The notes: a model not told the origin generated them from the letters alone. Positions 7,187-17,270 are shown, counted from the first letter of the stretch. The stretch is DNA of 64,000 nucleotides from Patescibacteria group bacterium (GCA_023380305.1 JAMCQZ010000008.1:122659-186658); one strand, 5' to 3'. Made by a program: numbers and translations.

Positions 7187-7222
7187 CGATTCCTCCAACT
7201 CCCGCCTCAAAAAACGCCCCTT
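7187..7222 (+). repeat. 36-bp direct repeat, left copy (CGATTCCTCCAACTCCCGCCTCAAAAAACGCCCCTT), tRNA 3'-end-like
   Basis: Identical at 35 of 36 positions to 8336-8371. It is preceded by GCGGGA (a tRNA-Gly-like acceptor 5' strand). The two copies bracket the low-GC methyltransferase gene. Confidence 0.6.
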
Positions 7223-7223
7223 A

Positions 7224-8234
7224 TTACTTTTCCGCCATCAGACCTATGGTAGTTTGCTTGTCGGCGAGTTTGATCCGCGGAGGATTGAAGTTGAATCCGG
7301 CATATGGTTTTAGATAAGCGCCGTCAATGATTTTCGCCCGATGAAAATGACAAGGCCTCGCTAAAGATGTCAAAGATTGACGAGTATATTTAACTGTCTC
7401 CGGATCGCCGAGAAAACGATCACATCCATCCTTGCCTTGAGTGACAATCAACAGCTTCCCTCCTGGTTTTAAAACTCTCCACATTTCTTTAAGGGCCAAT
7501 TTCGCTCCTTGATAATCCATGTGCTCTAAAACGAAATAACAAAGAATCCCTCCGAATTTATTGTTCGGAAAATTAAGATGGCGAGCGTCGCCATAACGCA
7601 AATCCAGTCCTAAAGACTTAGCCATGGCGTTTTTTATCTTATCCAATTCATAATCAACGCCAATAATTCTTTTAGGATCCAAACTCACGAATTCGCCTAA
7701 CCCCGCACCGACATCAAGAATCTTCCCCGATAAATCTTTAAAGAATAAATCCCAAAGAAATTGTTGATGATGTATGCTCTGATCCCAAAAAGCCTTCACG
7801 CATTCGACATCGTCAAGATCTCTTATAAAAAGCTCATTTGCCATGAAGGGTCGCAGTTCGACATCGCCAAATTTGGCGGTATAGGCCTTCGGCACCCCCG
7901 GACATAATTCTCGAAGCAGGCAATTCGAACATTTTTCGACTAGGGTATCTCCAGGAGAATGTTTTACTAAAGACACGAATCCCGTCCATGCGCGACCTTC
8001 TCTGGGAAAAACGCACAAAGGACAACCCGATATTGATATATTATAGAAATGCTTTTGATCAGAGATATTTTGGATAATCGGGATAACATCTTTATAAGTA
8101 ACCATCTCGGACTCGGAAGAATAATCATAAAAAAGATCGAAATCTTCATGATGAGCGATAAATTTGCTTAATAAATCCTTAAGCCCGCCTAAAGATTTTT
8201 TATTAAGGCCGATACGATGCGGGTGTCCGTTCAT
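7224..8234 (-). CDS. class I SAM-dependent methyltransferase with an N-terminal Cys-rich (zinc-ribbon-like) domain
   Basis: Motif I ILDVGAGLGEF and post-I/II VLKPGGKLLIV. The N-terminal region has CPLC...CSNC. The gene is about 40% GC against about 52% around it. Confidence 0.8.
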   Translation of the reverse strand: MNGHPHRIGLNKKSLGGLKDLLSKFIAHHEDFDLFYDYSSESEMVTYKDVIPIIQNISDQKHFYNISISGCPLCVFPREGRAWTGFVSLVKHSPGDTLVEKCSNCLLRELCPGVPKAYTAKFGDVELRPFMANELFIRDLDDVECVKAFWDQSIHHQQFLWDLFFKDLSGKILDVGAGLGEFVSLDPKRIIGVDYELDKIKNAMAKSLGLDLRYGDARHLNFPNNKFGGILCYFVLEHMDYQGAKLALKEMWRVLKPGGKLLIVTQGKDGCDRFLGDPETVKYTRQSLTSLARPCHFHRAKIIDGAYLKPYAGFNFNPPRIKLADKQTTIGLMAEK

Positions 8235-8335
8235 AAATTAGTAGCTCTACAGCTTTCAACACTACCCATAACCTTACGCTTCTATTTCAGCATAACAAAG
8301 ATTAAAACAAGGTTCAAAATATAGAAACTCGGGTT

Positions 8336-8371
8336 CGATTCCTCCGACTCCCGCCTCAAAAAACGCCCCTT
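8336..8371 (+). repeat. 36-bp direct repeat, right copy (CGATTCCTCCGACTCCCGCCTCAAAAAACGCCCCTT)
   Basis: It is preceded by a T-loop-like CTCGGGTTCGATTCC. The copy plus its upstream context resembles the tRNA-Trp 3' end (CGAGGTTCGAATCCTCGTGGCCCCGCC). Its 3' part forms a perfect terminator hairpin. Confidence 0.6.
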
Positions 8372-8388
8372 GCGGGGCGTTTTAAACG
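8358..8388. terminator. bidirectional hairpin terminator (AAAACGCCCC-TTGC-GGGGCGTTTT)
   Basis: Perfect 10-bp stem flanked by an A-tract and a T-tract, sitting at the tyrS stop. Confidence 0.55.
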
Positions 8389-9578
8389 ACGATCTTCTTA
8401 AATTTTCTCTTCCCGATCTGGAGAATCAAGCCTTCCGCCGGGATATCGATTTCTTCGACCGGATTATCGTGTTTTTTCTCGTTTATATCGACTCCGCCCT
8501 GTTCCACCAGCCGCCTGGCTTCGCTCCGGCTTTTGGCCATATTGGCGGCGACAACGAGATCAATGATATTCATTCTGGAAGAAACGGCCCTAAAGACTTC
8601 GATGTTTTCGGGAGCTTCTTTTTCCCGGAAAACCCTGTTAAATCCGTCCTCGGCCGCTTTGGCGGCTCCGAGACCGTGATACAAAGCAGTGATTTCGAAA
8701 GCCAGTCTCGCCTTGGCGTCCCGAGGATTTTGCGAATCCATGATCTTTTTTATTTCCTCTTCTTTGAGATCGGTGCAAAGCCAGAAATATTTATAAATCA
8801 GCTCGTCATTTAGACTCATCATCTTGCCGTACATATCGCCTGGCTCGTCGGAAATATTGATGACGTTTCCCCAGCTCGTCGACATCTTCCGGCCATCGGT
8901 GCCTTCGAGCATTTCGTTTATCAAAATATCCTGTTCCTTCTGACGATAATATTTTTGAATCGTCCGGCCGGCCATCAAATTAAAAAGCTGGTCTGTCCCG
9001 CCGAGCTCGACGTCGGCCTTAATGGCGACGCTGTCATATCCCTGCATCAGCGGATATAAAAATTCACGAAGGCTTATTTCCTCATGACGCTCGAAACGGT
9101 CCTTAAAATTCCGACGTTCGAGCATCTGGAGGACGGAGAAGCTTTCCGCCAGATTGGCGATTTCTTTAAAATTTAGTTTTCTCAACCAATCGTTGTTGTT
9201 TCTAAACTCCACTTTCCGGAGATCCAGAATTTTGCCGAGCTGACGCTTGTAGTCGGCCATGTTCTTTCTAACCTGGGCTTCGGTGAGCATTGGACGCTTG
9301 GAAAGCTTGTCCGACGGGTCGCCGATCTGGGCCGTAAAGCCGCCGATAACGAGTACCACCTTGTGCCCAAGGTCTTGGAACTCCTTAAGCTTCCTGATGG
9401 CCACCGCCCGACCAAGATGAATCTTCGTCCCGGTCGGATCAATGCCGAGCTTCACGCGCAAACGCTTTCCGGACCTCAAGGCCTCTTCCAAATGCCCGCG
9501 ATCGATAACTTCGGCCACGCCCCGGGAAAGCAAAGCGTTGATCTTTTCCTCCTTATTTGTTTTTCTTGATGATTTCAT
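8382..9578 (-). CDS. tyrS: tyrosine--tRNA ligase (bacterial type with C-terminal S4 domain)
   Basis: HIGH-region variant [15 protein letters not shown] for KMSKS, and a C-terminal S4-like [20 protein letters not shown]. The annotated ATG overlaps the clpP 3' end by 26 nt, so a downstream non-canonical start is possible. Confidence 0.85.
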   Translation of the reverse strand: MKSSRKTNKEEKINALLSRGVAEVIDRGHLEEALRSGKRLRVKLGIDPTGTKIHLGRAVAIRKLKEFQDLGHKVVLVIGGFTAQIGDPSDKLSKRPMLTEAQVRKNMADYKRQLGKILDLRKVEFRNNNDWLRKLNFKEIANLAESFSVLQMLERRNFKDRFERHEEISLREFLYPLMQGYDSVAIKADVELGGTDQLFNLMAGRTIQKYYRQKEQDILINEMLEGTDGRKMSTSWGNVINISDEPGDMYGKMMSLNDELIYKYFWLCTDLKEEEIKKIMDSQNPRDAKARLAFEITALYHGLGAAKAAEDGFNRVFREKEAPENIEVFRAVSSRMNIIDLVVAANMAKSRSEARRLVEQGGVDINEKKHDNPVEEIDIPAEGLILQIGKRKFKKIVV

Positions 9579-10173
9579 CGATAAGGCCGTAGTCTTTAGC
9601 TTCCTCGGCGGTCAGCCAGAAATCGCGGTCGCTGTCTTTCTCAATTTTGGCAAGCGATTGCCCGGTCATCTTCGCCAAAAGCTGGTTGACCCTCTGTTTG
9701 GTCTTCAAGATCTGCTTGGCGGTAATCTCGATGTCGGTCGCCTGGCCTTCGGCCGCGCCCATCACTTGGTGCAGAAGGATTTCCGAATTGGGTAAAGCGA
9801 ATCTTTTTCCTTTGGCTCCGGCCGCCAAAAGAAAAGCGGCGAAAGAAGCGGCCATGCCGACGCAATAGGTCTCGACGGTCGGCCTGACCAGCTGCATCGT
9901 ATCGTAGATGGCCATACCAGCCGTTACCGATCCGCCCGGGGAATTGATATAAAGCTTGATGTTCTTCTTGGGATCCTCATAATCGAGGAAAAGAAGTTGG
10001 GCGATGATTAAATTCGCCACCTGGTCGTTGATCGGACCGCCCAAGAAAACCACCCTGTCCCTCAAAAGGCGGGAATAGATGTCGTAGGCCCGCTCGCCAT
10101 AAGTGCTTTTTTCGATGACCGTCGGCACCAGATATTGGTATCCTTCGGCTTCGTTTTTAATGTCTTTATTCAT
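9553..10173 (-). CDS. clpP: ATP-dependent Clp protease proteolytic subunit
   Basis: ORF 9553..10224 trimmed to Met18 ([37 protein letters not shown]...), which begins 5 nt after the nusA stop. Contains the Ser-His-Asp ClpP catalytic-triad regions ([11 protein letters not shown]...HQ). Confidence 0.85.
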   Translation of the reverse strand: MNKDIKNEAEGYQYLVPTVIEKSTYGERAYDIYSRLLRDRVVFLGGPINDQVANLIIAQLLFLDYEDPKKNIKLYINSPGGSVTAGMAIYDTMQLVRPTVETYCVGMAASFAAFLLAAGAKGKRFALPNSEILLHQVMGAAEGQATDIEITAKQILKTKQRVNQLLAKMTGQSLAKIEKDSDRDFWLTAEEAKDYGLIDEIIKKNK

Positions 10174-10177
10174 TTTG

Positions 10178-11437
10178 TTAATCTTCTTCTCCGACAAACT
10201 TCGGAATAATTTTGGTTTCTTCAATTTTATCTTGTTTCAAATCGCCTTCCAAGACCTCAGGCAAAGTATCTTCATCCTCGGTTTCGGCGACACCCCCTTC
10301 TTGGACTTCTTCCGGTCTCGATTCCGAACGGACGTCGATCTTCATGCCTGTCAGTTTGGCGGCCAATCTGACATTTTGCCCGCCCTTGCCGATAGCAAGA
10401 CTCAATTGATCCTCGGCTACCAGAACCTTGGCTTCGCGACGCAGTGATATTTCCACGCTCAAAACCTTAGCCGGCGAAAGGGAGGCTGCCACGAATTTCT
10501 CCGGCTCCTCTGACCATTCGATGATATCAATTTTCTCCTGACCTCCAAGCTCGTTCGTTACCGCCATTACCCTCGTGCCCCGCTGCCCGACGCAGGATCC
10601 GACCGGGTCCACGCCTTGAGCTTTGGAAGCAACCGCGATTTTGGTGCGACTTCCCGGCTCACGGGCAACGCCTTTTATTTCCACTGTCCCGTCGTTGATT
10701 TCCGGAACTTCCAGTTCGAAAAGCCGATTGATAAACCTCGGATGCGACCGAGAAAGGATAATGCCCGGCTGGCCGCGACGATCTTCCTGGATGCTCAATA
10801 CGTAAAAACGCATTCTTTCGTTCGTACGATAATGTTCTCCCGGAATGGATTCATTGCCAAACATAATTCCCAGAGCCTTGCCGATTTCAACGTAAACATT
10901 CCCCCGGTCAAAACGGTGGATGATGCCGGAGACAACTTTGCCCTCCTTGTCTTTAAATTCCTGAAGAAGCATATCTTTTTCGGCCTCGCGGAGTTTCTGT
11001 AAAATAACCTGCTTGGCGGCTTGAGCGGCAATACGGCCGAAATCGGTCTTCGGCTCAAGGCTGAATTCCAAATTCTCGCCGACCTGAACGTCGGGGTTAA
11101 CCTTTTTCGCTTCTTCGACGAAAATATGTCTTTCCGGATTGTAACGGGGAAGTTTCGGCTCCTCTTCTTCCTGCGGCTCAGCCGGCTGTTCTTCCACGGC
11201 TTCTTCCTCGGTAACGACCCGGACCGTATTTTCATCAACCACCTCTTTCACCTGCCAAAAAGCCAACTCTCCGGTTTTTTCATCAAGCTTGGCCTTAATC
11301 ACTTCTCCCCGCTTGCCATATTCCTTGCGATAAGCGGCGGCGATAGACTCTTCTATAACCGAGATAATCTTTTCCGGCTCGATGCCCTTTTCCTTGGCGA
11401 CCTGGCCGATGACGATCAGCAACTGTTTTAAATCCAT
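10178..11437 (-). CDS. nusA: transcription termination/antitermination factor NusA
   Basis: N-terminal domain, S1 ([21 protein letters not shown]) and tandem KH ([23 protein letters not shown]; [20 protein letters not shown]). Confidence 0.9.
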   Translation of the reverse strand: MDLKQLLIVIGQVAKEKGIEPEKIISVIEESIAAAYRKEYGKRGEVIKAKLDEKTGELAFWQVKEVVDENTVRVVTEEEAVEEQPAEPQEEEEPKLPRYNPERHIFVEEAKKVNPDVQVGENLEFSLEPKTDFGRIAAQAAKQVILQKLREAEKDMLLQEFKDKEGKVVSGIIHRFDRGNVYVEIGKALGIMFGNESIPGEHYRTNERMRFYVLSIQEDRRGQPGIILSRSHPRFINRLFELEVPEINDGTVEIKGVAREPGSRTKIAVASKAQGVDPVGSCVGQRGTRVMAVTNELGGQEKIDIIEWSEEPEKFVAASLSPAKVLSVEISLRREAKVLVAEDQLSLAIGKGGQNVRLAAKLTGMKIDVRSESRPEEVQEGGVAETEDEDTLPEVLEGDLKQDKIEETKIIPKFVGEED

Positions 11438-11549
11438 TTTATTTTTGTTTTTTCCGCCAGAAGGCGATTTACTTTTATTTTTTTAAACCCCGCGGGAAGC
11501 GGGGTTTAACATCAAGATTTAGTATACTCTCGAAAACCGATCTGTCAAG

Positions 11550-12785
11550 CTAAATCCCGAGCCTCTTCGCCGCTTCCTTAATAGCGTTGTAAGAAGTGGC
11601 CACGACCCAATAGGTGGTATCGCCGGATTTAAAGAATCCGTATTCTATCCTTTGGGAATTAGATCCCCTTGAAAATCTCACGATCTTGGTAGAATCGATG
11701 CTTCCGTTATCGAACTTCCCAAAATTGCCGGTGTCGGTCAGAAAAATATTGGCCAGCTGCTTGGACGCTTCGAATTTGGTTCCGATAGCGTTATAGGAAG
11801 TGGCTCCGACGCCGGATTTCACTTTGGCAACGAACCCAGGAAAAGGATTGGAAGAAGAGTCGTAATAAACAAATTGAGTGAAGTCGTCTTCGAAGTTGGC
11901 GCTCAAATCGGATTCCGGAATATCTCCCGGGAGAATAGCATTCACATAAATCGGGAGGGTGATCGGGCCGTCGTCATCGGCGAGCACTGCCTCAACGACG
12001 GTCGACGGTTTGATTTTTTCGACTGGAATCTTAGATAAGGCTTCTTTGATATTTGTAAGATCAACCGTCGCCAATTGAATATTCTCGATTTGGTCCGCCG
12101 GAATCGTGAAGTAAGAGGCGTGAACCCTCGTCGGCGCGACCTCCACCGCTTCCTCCGGAGCCGGAGCGATCGGCTGAGTCTCGGTCGCGGTCGGAGCCGG
12201 ACACGGCTCGCAGACCTGAACCGGACACATCTTCGGTAAAAGCACGTATTTAAAAAGCAAAAGTAGTCCCAAAATAGCTGCCAGTCCGATGACGACGGCG
12301 ATTAGCAGGGTATTCGATTTTTTTGGCATTCCGGGCTTGGAGGCGGAAAGGTTAACCACGTCCGGGGTGAAAACCGGCTCGTTCGGTCCGGCCGGAGCGG
12401 CCGCGAAAACCTGGGGAGCGGCTTCGGCGCCGCCGGTCGCCTGCAACGATTCGGCGTCCGAGGCCATGGTCCTGATGCCGATATCCGGAGCGGATGAAGG
12501 CGGGGGCGGAACCGGAGTGGATGCCGCTGGAGCAAACGGTTGCCCCATCGGCGCGGCCGGAGTCGGCTGGCTCGGCTGATTGAACGAAGCAGGCTGAGCC
12601 GGGATATTAAAAGCTTCGTTTACCGATTTCGGAAATTGATCGGTTGGGCTAGCGGCGAAAGTCGCCGGCGTCCCGAAAGAGGCCGGAGGGAACGGAGTCG
12701 GGCCCATGTTGTTTGCATTGGACGGAGGATTCGGCTGTTTTTGATCAGGCGCCGAATTTAAAGGAAAATTTTGTTGGCTATCCAT
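11550..12785 (-). CDS. hypothetical single-pass membrane protein: Pro/Ala-rich disordered N-terminus, TM helix, extracytoplasmic C-domain
   Basis: Low-complexity P/A/S-rich residues 1-150, TM helix LLIAVVIGLAAILGLLLLF, and the internal repeat ATSYNAI appearing twice in the C-domain. Confidence 0.55.
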   Translation of the reverse strand: MDSQQNFPLNSAPDQKQPNPPSNANNMGPTPFPPASFGTPATFAASPTDQFPKSVNEAFNIPAQPASFNQPSQPTPAAPMGQPFAPAASTPVPPPPSSAPDIGIRTMASDAESLQATGGAEAAPQVFAAAPAGPNEPVFTPDVVNLSASKPGMPKKSNTLLIAVVIGLAAILGLLLLFKYVLLPKMCPVQVCEPCPAPTATETQPIAPAPEEAVEVAPTRVHASYFTIPADQIENIQLATVDLTNIKEALSKIPVEKIKPSTVVEAVLADDDGPITLPIYVNAILPGDIPESDLSANFEDDFTQFVYYDSSSNPFPGFVAKVKSGVGATSYNAIGTKFEASKQLANIFLTDTGNFGKFDNGSIDSTKIVRFSRGSNSQRIEYGFFKSGDTTYWVVATSYNAIKEAAKRLGI

Positions 12786-12815
12786 GACTTAATGATAGCA
12801 CAACGAAAACTTTTT

Positions 12816-14927
12816 TTATGCAGATTGTGTGGATAATTGCTTCACCGAGAGGGCGATTTTGCCATCCTCGACGCGAATCACTTTCGCGCGGAGAAAATCT
12901 CCAATCTTGGCGACATCATTGATGTTTTTGACAAAGCCGTCCTTGAATTCCGAAATATGGATCATGCCGTCTCGGCCGCCGCCCAGATCGACAATCGCTC
13001 CAAAATCGAGCAGACGAACGACCGTCCCTTCGACGATCTCGCCCACCTGGTACTCTTTGGTTAAGGCCTCGATCTCCGCCACCGCTTTCAAGGCGGAATC
13101 TTTGTTGTCGGCTGCCACGAAAACCTTCCCGGTCTGCTCGATATCAATGCTCAAAGCTCCCGTCCTCTCAATGATGCCATTGATCATCTTGCCTCCGGGG
13201 CCGATAACCTCGCCGATCTTTTCGGGGTTGATATGAATCACTATCACCTGCGGCGCGTAGGGCGAAAGCTCGGGTTTCGGCGCCTTGATGGCCTTTTCCA
13301 TAGCATCCAAGATCCGCAGTCTCGCTTCGCGAGCCTGGGCTAAAGTTTTTTCAGCAATCTCCAAGGTAATCCCCCAAATTTTCACGTCCATCTGTACGGC
13401 GTTTACGCCGTCCCTGGTGCCGGCCACCTTGAAATCCATGTCTCCATGGTGGTCTTCCGGTCCCTGGATGTCGGTCAAAATCTTGTAGTCTCCTTTTTCA
13501 TTCGACATCAATCCCATGGCAATGCCCGCGGCCGGTTTTCTGATGGGCACTCCCGCGTCCATCAAAGACATACTCCCGGCGCAAACCGTAGCCATCGAAG
13601 AAGAACCGTTCGAAGAAAGGATCTCGGAAACGACGCGGATGGTGTAGGGAAATTCGTCCTGTGAAGGAATAAGCGGTCGGAGAGCCTTCTCGGCCAAAGC
13701 TCCATGGCCGATATCGCGACGGCCCGGTCCCCGATAGGATCCGGTTTCGCCCACCGAATACGGCGGGAAATTGTAATGAAGCATGAACCGCCTCTTACCC
13801 GAATATTCCATGGTCTCGATAAGCTGTTCGGCTCCGGGCGCGGCCAGAGTCGTTACCGCCAGGGCCTGAGTGTTGCCACGGATGAAAACAGCCGAGCCGT
13901 GGGTGCGCGGCAAAAGGCCGGTCTCGGTATAAAGATCCCTGACTTCATCAAGTTTGCGGCCGTCCGGACGCATCTCTTTTTCTAAAATGTTTTTATGAAC
14001 CAGCTCGTCTAAAGCTTTATTGAACAGGCTGGCGCTGGCGCCGATGTCGGAATCGCCAAACCCTTTTTCGGAAAGATGCGCCGCCATTTCATCTTCGAGT
14101 TCGCCGAGCTTCTTTTCGCGATCAGCCTTCTCTCTGACGTAAACCGCTTCCTCCAGCTTGTCCGCCAGAAATTCCGAAACCGCGGATTTCAGCTCCTCCG
14201 CCGGTTCAGCCAGTTTAACATCAGCCTTCTCCTTGCCGATCGCCTTGATGATCTCCTTTTGAAAATCAATAAGTCCTTCTATTTCTTTGAGAGCCACGGC
14301 GTAAGCTTCGATAATATCTTTTTCGTTCGCTTCGTTCGCTTCAAGCTCGAGCATGTTGATCTTACCGTTAAGCCCGGCGACAAAACTTTCAAACCTTACT
14401 TCGGGGTTGTCGGTAGTCTCCACGTGGGAGGGATTCACGACGATGCGGTCGCCGATCTTCGCCATTTTGACGCCGGCGATCGGACCAGCCCACGGGATAT
14501 CGGAAATGGCCAGAGCGGTGGAAGCGGCCATCAAGGCGATGAAATCGGGTTCGTTCACCTCGTCGATCGACAGAATGGTAACGACCACCTGGATGTCTCG
14601 GCGAAGCCGCTGGTCGAAAAGCGGCCTGATGGCGCGATCAACCAAACGGCCGGAAAGAATGGCGTCTTCCGAAGGCCTTCCTTCGCGGCGGACAAAACGG
14701 CTGCCGATGATTTTGCCGGCGGCGTAAAATTTCTCCTCGTAATCGACGGTAAGCGGCATATAGTCAACCGCCCTGTCGGCTTTTCCCATGACCGTCGTCA
14801 CAAGCACGGTTGTTCCGCCGTAAGTGGCGAAAACCGCGGCATCGGTTTGTTCGGCCAACCGGGAAACTTCAATTTTCAAATCCCGACCGGCGATATTTTT
14901 GATAAAAGTCTTTTTATTTAGCTCCAT
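12816..14927 (-). CDS. pnp: polyribonucleotide nucleotidyltransferase (PNPase)
   Basis: Two RNase PH domains plus KH (GPGGKMINGIIERTG) and S1 (GEIVEGTVVRLLDFGAIVDL...GMIHISE) domains. Confidence 0.9.
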   Translation of the reverse strand: MELNKKTFIKNIAGRDLKIEVSRLAEQTDAAVFATYGGTTVLVTTVMGKADRAVDYMPLTVDYEEKFYAAGKIIGSRFVRREGRPSEDAILSGRLVDRAIRPLFDQRLRRDIQVVVTILSIDEVNEPDFIALMAASTALAISDIPWAGPIAGVKMAKIGDRIVVNPSHVETTDNPEVRFESFVAGLNGKINMLELEANEANEKDIIEAYAVALKEIEGLIDFQKEIIKAIGKEKADVKLAEPAEELKSAVSEFLADKLEEAVYVREKADREKKLGELEDEMAAHLSEKGFGDSDIGASASLFNKALDELVHKNILEKEMRPDGRKLDEVRDLYTETGLLPRTHGSAVFIRGNTQALAVTTLAAPGAEQLIETMEYSGKRRFMLHYNFPPYSVGETGSYRGPGRRDIGHGALAEKALRPLIPSQDEFPYTIRVVSEILSSNGSSSMATVCAGSMSLMDAGVPIRKPAAGIAMGLMSNEKGDYKILTDIQGPEDHHGDMDFKVAGTRDGVNAVQMDVKIWGITLEIAEKTLAQAREARLRILDAMEKAIKAPKPELSPYAPQVIVIHINPEKIGEVIGPGGKMINGIIERTGALSIDIEQTGKVFVAADNKDSALKAVAEIEALTKEYQVGEIVEGTVVRLLDFGAIVDLGGGRDGMIHISEFKDGFVKNINDVAKIGDFLRAKVIRVEDGKIALSVKQLSTQSA

Positions 14928-15459
14928 ATTTCGTTGGTTTCTTTGATTTCGACGATCTAAACGTTATCCGCGGCATTTTTTCCAAATCATAAAATCCGTC
15001 GGCCTCTTCCCTTAACCGGCCGGAAGCGGTTTTTCCAAAAGCCGCCACTTCCACGACTTTGCCCAGACCCCATTTCAAATATTGGACGAGCGGCATAAAA
15101 TCGCCGTCCCCGGTTACGAGCACGATGACGTCGAGGGAGTCCGCCAGCCTGATGGCATCGACAGCCATGCCGACATCCCAATCGGCTTTTTTGGTGCCGT
15201 CGGGGAAAATCTGGATCTCTTTGCTCCGGAGCTCGATGCCGGTTTTTTCCAAAGCCTCGAAAAAGAGCTCTTCCCCGGTCTGGGGGTCGCTCGAAACGAC
15301 GTAAGCGATGGCTCGGATCAATTTCCGGCCGTCGGTCAGGTTCTTGATGAGTTCGGCATAGTTCACCCGCGCTCCGTAGAGATTCCGCGCGGAGTGGTAA
15401 AGATTTTGGATATCGATAAAAATACCTATCCTTTGATCGGAGTGTTTTATAAAAGCCAT
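14914..15459 (-). CDS. NYN-domain (LabA-like / DUF88) putative ribonuclease
   Basis: IGIFIDIQNLY ... VDAIRLADSLDVIVLVTGDGDF gives the PIN-like NYN acidic signature. ORF 14914..15483 trimmed to Met9, which starts 1 nt after the rpsO stop. Its 3' end overlaps the pnp start by 14 nt. Confidence 0.7.
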   Translation of the reverse strand: MAFIKHSDQRIGIFIDIQNLYHSARNLYGARVNYAELIKNLTDGRKLIRAIAYVVSSDPQTGEELFFEALEKTGIELRSKEIQIFPDGTKKADWDVGMAVDAIRLADSLDVIVLVTGDGDFMPLVQYLKWGLGKVVEVAAFGKTASGRLREEADGFYDLEKMPRITFRSSKSKKPTKYGAK

Positions 15460-15460
15460 T

Positions 15461-15688
15461 TTATTTGGCGGCCTTGGCCGCAAGATAATGCTCCAACTTG
15501 CGCCGCTTGCTCACCATTTTGAGCAAACCGCGGCGGGAGTGGACGTCTTTCGGGTGTTTTTTTAAGTGGGCGGTCAGCTCGTCAATCTGTTTATCTAAAA
15601 GGCCGACCTGAATCTGGATCGATCCGGTGTCGGTTTCATGAAGACCCTTCGCCTTGACGATTATTGATTTTTTGCGGGGTGTAAGCAT
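15461..15688 (-). CDS. rpsO: 30S ribosomal protein S15
   Basis: [69 protein letters not shown] matches S15 (…HSRRGLL.MV..RR.LL.YL). It is the last 75 codons of ORF 15461..16030. Confidence 0.9.
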   Translation of the reverse strand: MLTPRKKSIIVKAKGLHETDTGSIQIQVGLLDKQIDELTAHLKKHPKDVHSRRGLLKMVSKRRKLEHYLAAKAAK

Positions 15689-15823
15689 AAATTCTTTGTT
15701 TGGATAATTAAGATTAGCCCGAAATCCGTTTTTTTTCAAGGGGAACGATTTTTCCGAAGCGTCAAGGCGTTTTCGACCGGAAGCCGTTTCAATATTTTGC
15801 GACAAGCATGATAAAATTGATCG

Positions 15824-16711
15824 ATGATCGAAAAATACCTGAAAGACTACCTGGATTACCTGCAGATCGAGAAGAACCGCTCCTACCGGACCAAAGACGT
15901 TTACGGCCGGGCCCTCAAAAAATTCTTCGAGTTCGCCAAAATCAAGAAACCCGAAGACATCACAAACGACAAAATCCGTTCTTTCCGCATCCACCTCGCG
16001 GAAAGCACGAGGTTGAAAAAGAATACCCAAAGCTATTACGTCATCGCCATACGGAACTTCCTCCGTTATCTCATTAAAAGGGATATCGAGGTGATTTCCC
16101 CGGACAAAATCGAATTGCCGCAGATTCCCAAAAGACAGATCGACATCATCGAATACGAAGACCTGGAGCGGCTTTTAAGGGCGCCCGAAGGGTCGAGCCT
16201 CAAGGATCTCCGCGATCGGGCCATTCTCGAACTCCTCTTCTCAACCGGGCTTCGGGTGTCCGAACTCTGCGGACTCGACCGTTATTTAAACTGGAACCGC
16301 GGAGAGATTACCGTCCGCGGCAAAGGCGAAAAACTGCGGGTGGTCTTTATTTCGGACGCTGCCAGAAAAGCCATCAAAAACTACCTTGATAAACGTGGAG
16401 ATCCCGACTCAGCGCTCTTTGTCAGCTACTCGAATAACAAGAACCCGAAAGCCCTCGGCCGGATCACGCCGCGGAGCATCCAAAGACTCGTGGATTTTTA
16501 CAGTCGCAAAGCCGGCATCGCCAAAAGAATTTCGCCCCACACCCTGCGCCACCTTTTCGCGACCGATCTATTGATGAACGGAGCGGATTTGAGATCGGTC
16601 CAGGAGATGCTCGGCCACGCGAGCATCCAGACAACCCAGATCTATACCCACCTCACCAACAAGGCCCTAAAAGAAGTACACGAGGCTTTTCACGGAAGAC
16701 GAAGGAAATAA
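15824..16711 (+). CDS. tyrosine site-specific recombinase, XerC/XerD family
   Basis: N-terminal SAM-like core-binding domain. C-terminal catalytic R..HxxR..Y: [39 protein letters not shown]. Confidence 0.85.
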   Translation: MIEKYLKDYLDYLQIEKNRSYRTKDVYGRALKKFFEFAKIKKPEDITNDKIRSFRIHLAESTRLKKNTQSYYVIAIRNFLRYLIKRDIEVISPDKIELPQIPKRQIDIIEYEDLERLLRAPEGSSLKDLRDRAILELLFSTGLRVSELCGLDRYLNWNRGEITVRGKGEKLRVVFISDAARKAIKNYLDKRGDPDSALFVSYSNNKNPKALGRITPRSIQRLVDFYSRKAGIAKRISPHTLRHLFATDLLMNGADLRSVQEMLGHASIQTTQIYTHLTNKALKEVHEAFHGRRRK

Positions 16712-16715
16712 AAAC

Positions 16716-16738
16716 GCCGGATCTTCAAAGATCCGGCT
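16716..16738. terminator. hairpin terminator (GCCGGATCTT-CAA-AAGATCCGGC) between convergent genes
   Basis: Perfect 10-bp stem, U-rich on the minus-strand side. Confidence 0.45.
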
Positions 16739-16748
16739 TAATCGGTGG

Positions 16749-16997
16749 CTATGGCTGACGCTTTTCTAGCTCCTTAGCTAAGTCCTTAGCTGCATTCATC
16801 TCGGCTTCTTCTCGGGTATTTCCATAACCCTTGCCGTGAGTATTGCTCTTGATTTCAAGCGCCTCTGCTTCGTACTTCGGATCCGGAATGGTTAAAAATA
16901 ACCCTCCGGTAAGTACCCCCAACATTAAATCTGCGATTCCGGGATCATCGTGTTTTTCCTTCGATGTGATCACGATATCGCCTTCTCTCTTACTCAC
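16749..16997 (-). CDS. hypothetical small protein (about 82 aa)
   Basis: GTG start with AAGGAGG 8 nt upstream (GAAAGGAGGTGAATATCGTG). Gly-rich C-terminal half (GKGYGNTREEAEMNAAKDLAKELEK). No family recognised. Confidence 0.45.
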   Translation of the reverse strand: MSKREGDIVITSKEKHDDPGIADLMLGVLTGGLFLTIPDPKYEAEALEIKSNTHGKGYGNTREEAEMNAAKDLAKELEKRQP

Positions 16998-17100
16998 GAT
17001 ATTCACCTCCTTTCTTCTTGTGCTGCCTCAAAAAATTCACAAGGATCTATTTAAAATTTAAAATAGATAAAATCTATATTTTGTCAAGTATTTAAAAATG

Positions 17101-17184
17101 TGCCGGGAGAGGGATTTGGACCCTCAAGTCCTTGCGGACACAGCGCCCTAAACGCTGCGCGTCTGCCAATTTCGCCATCCCGGC
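17101..17184 (-). tRNA. tRNA-Leu (anticodon TAG), type II with long variable arm
   Basis: Reverse complement gives GCCGGGATGGCGAAATTGGCAGACGCGCAGCGTTTAGGGCGCTGTGTCCGCAAGGACTTGAGGGTCCAAATCCCTCTCCCGGCA, with anticodon loop TTTAGGG and a 15-nt variable arm. Confidence 0.85.
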
Positions 17185-17240
17185 TCACATTGATTTATAG
17201 CACGATCATTCTTGTTTTTGCGAGTGAAAATCAGCCCCGA

Positions 17241-17270
17241 TTGACAAAGGGGCCGAAATGTGCTGATATT
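17241..17270 (+). promoter_or_regulatory. putative sigma70-type promoter (TTGACA-17nt-TGATAT)
   Basis: Consensus -35 with a TG-extended -10-like element, about 65 nt upstream of the 17337 ORF. Confidence 0.35.

Noticed and set aside
15824-16711. XerC/D-family recombinase as the integrase of a large mobile element
   Set aside because: The flanks show no att repeats, no composition shift and no cargo genes. It is most likely the chromosomal dimer-resolution recombinase. A role for the small tRNA-associated elements cannot be excluded.
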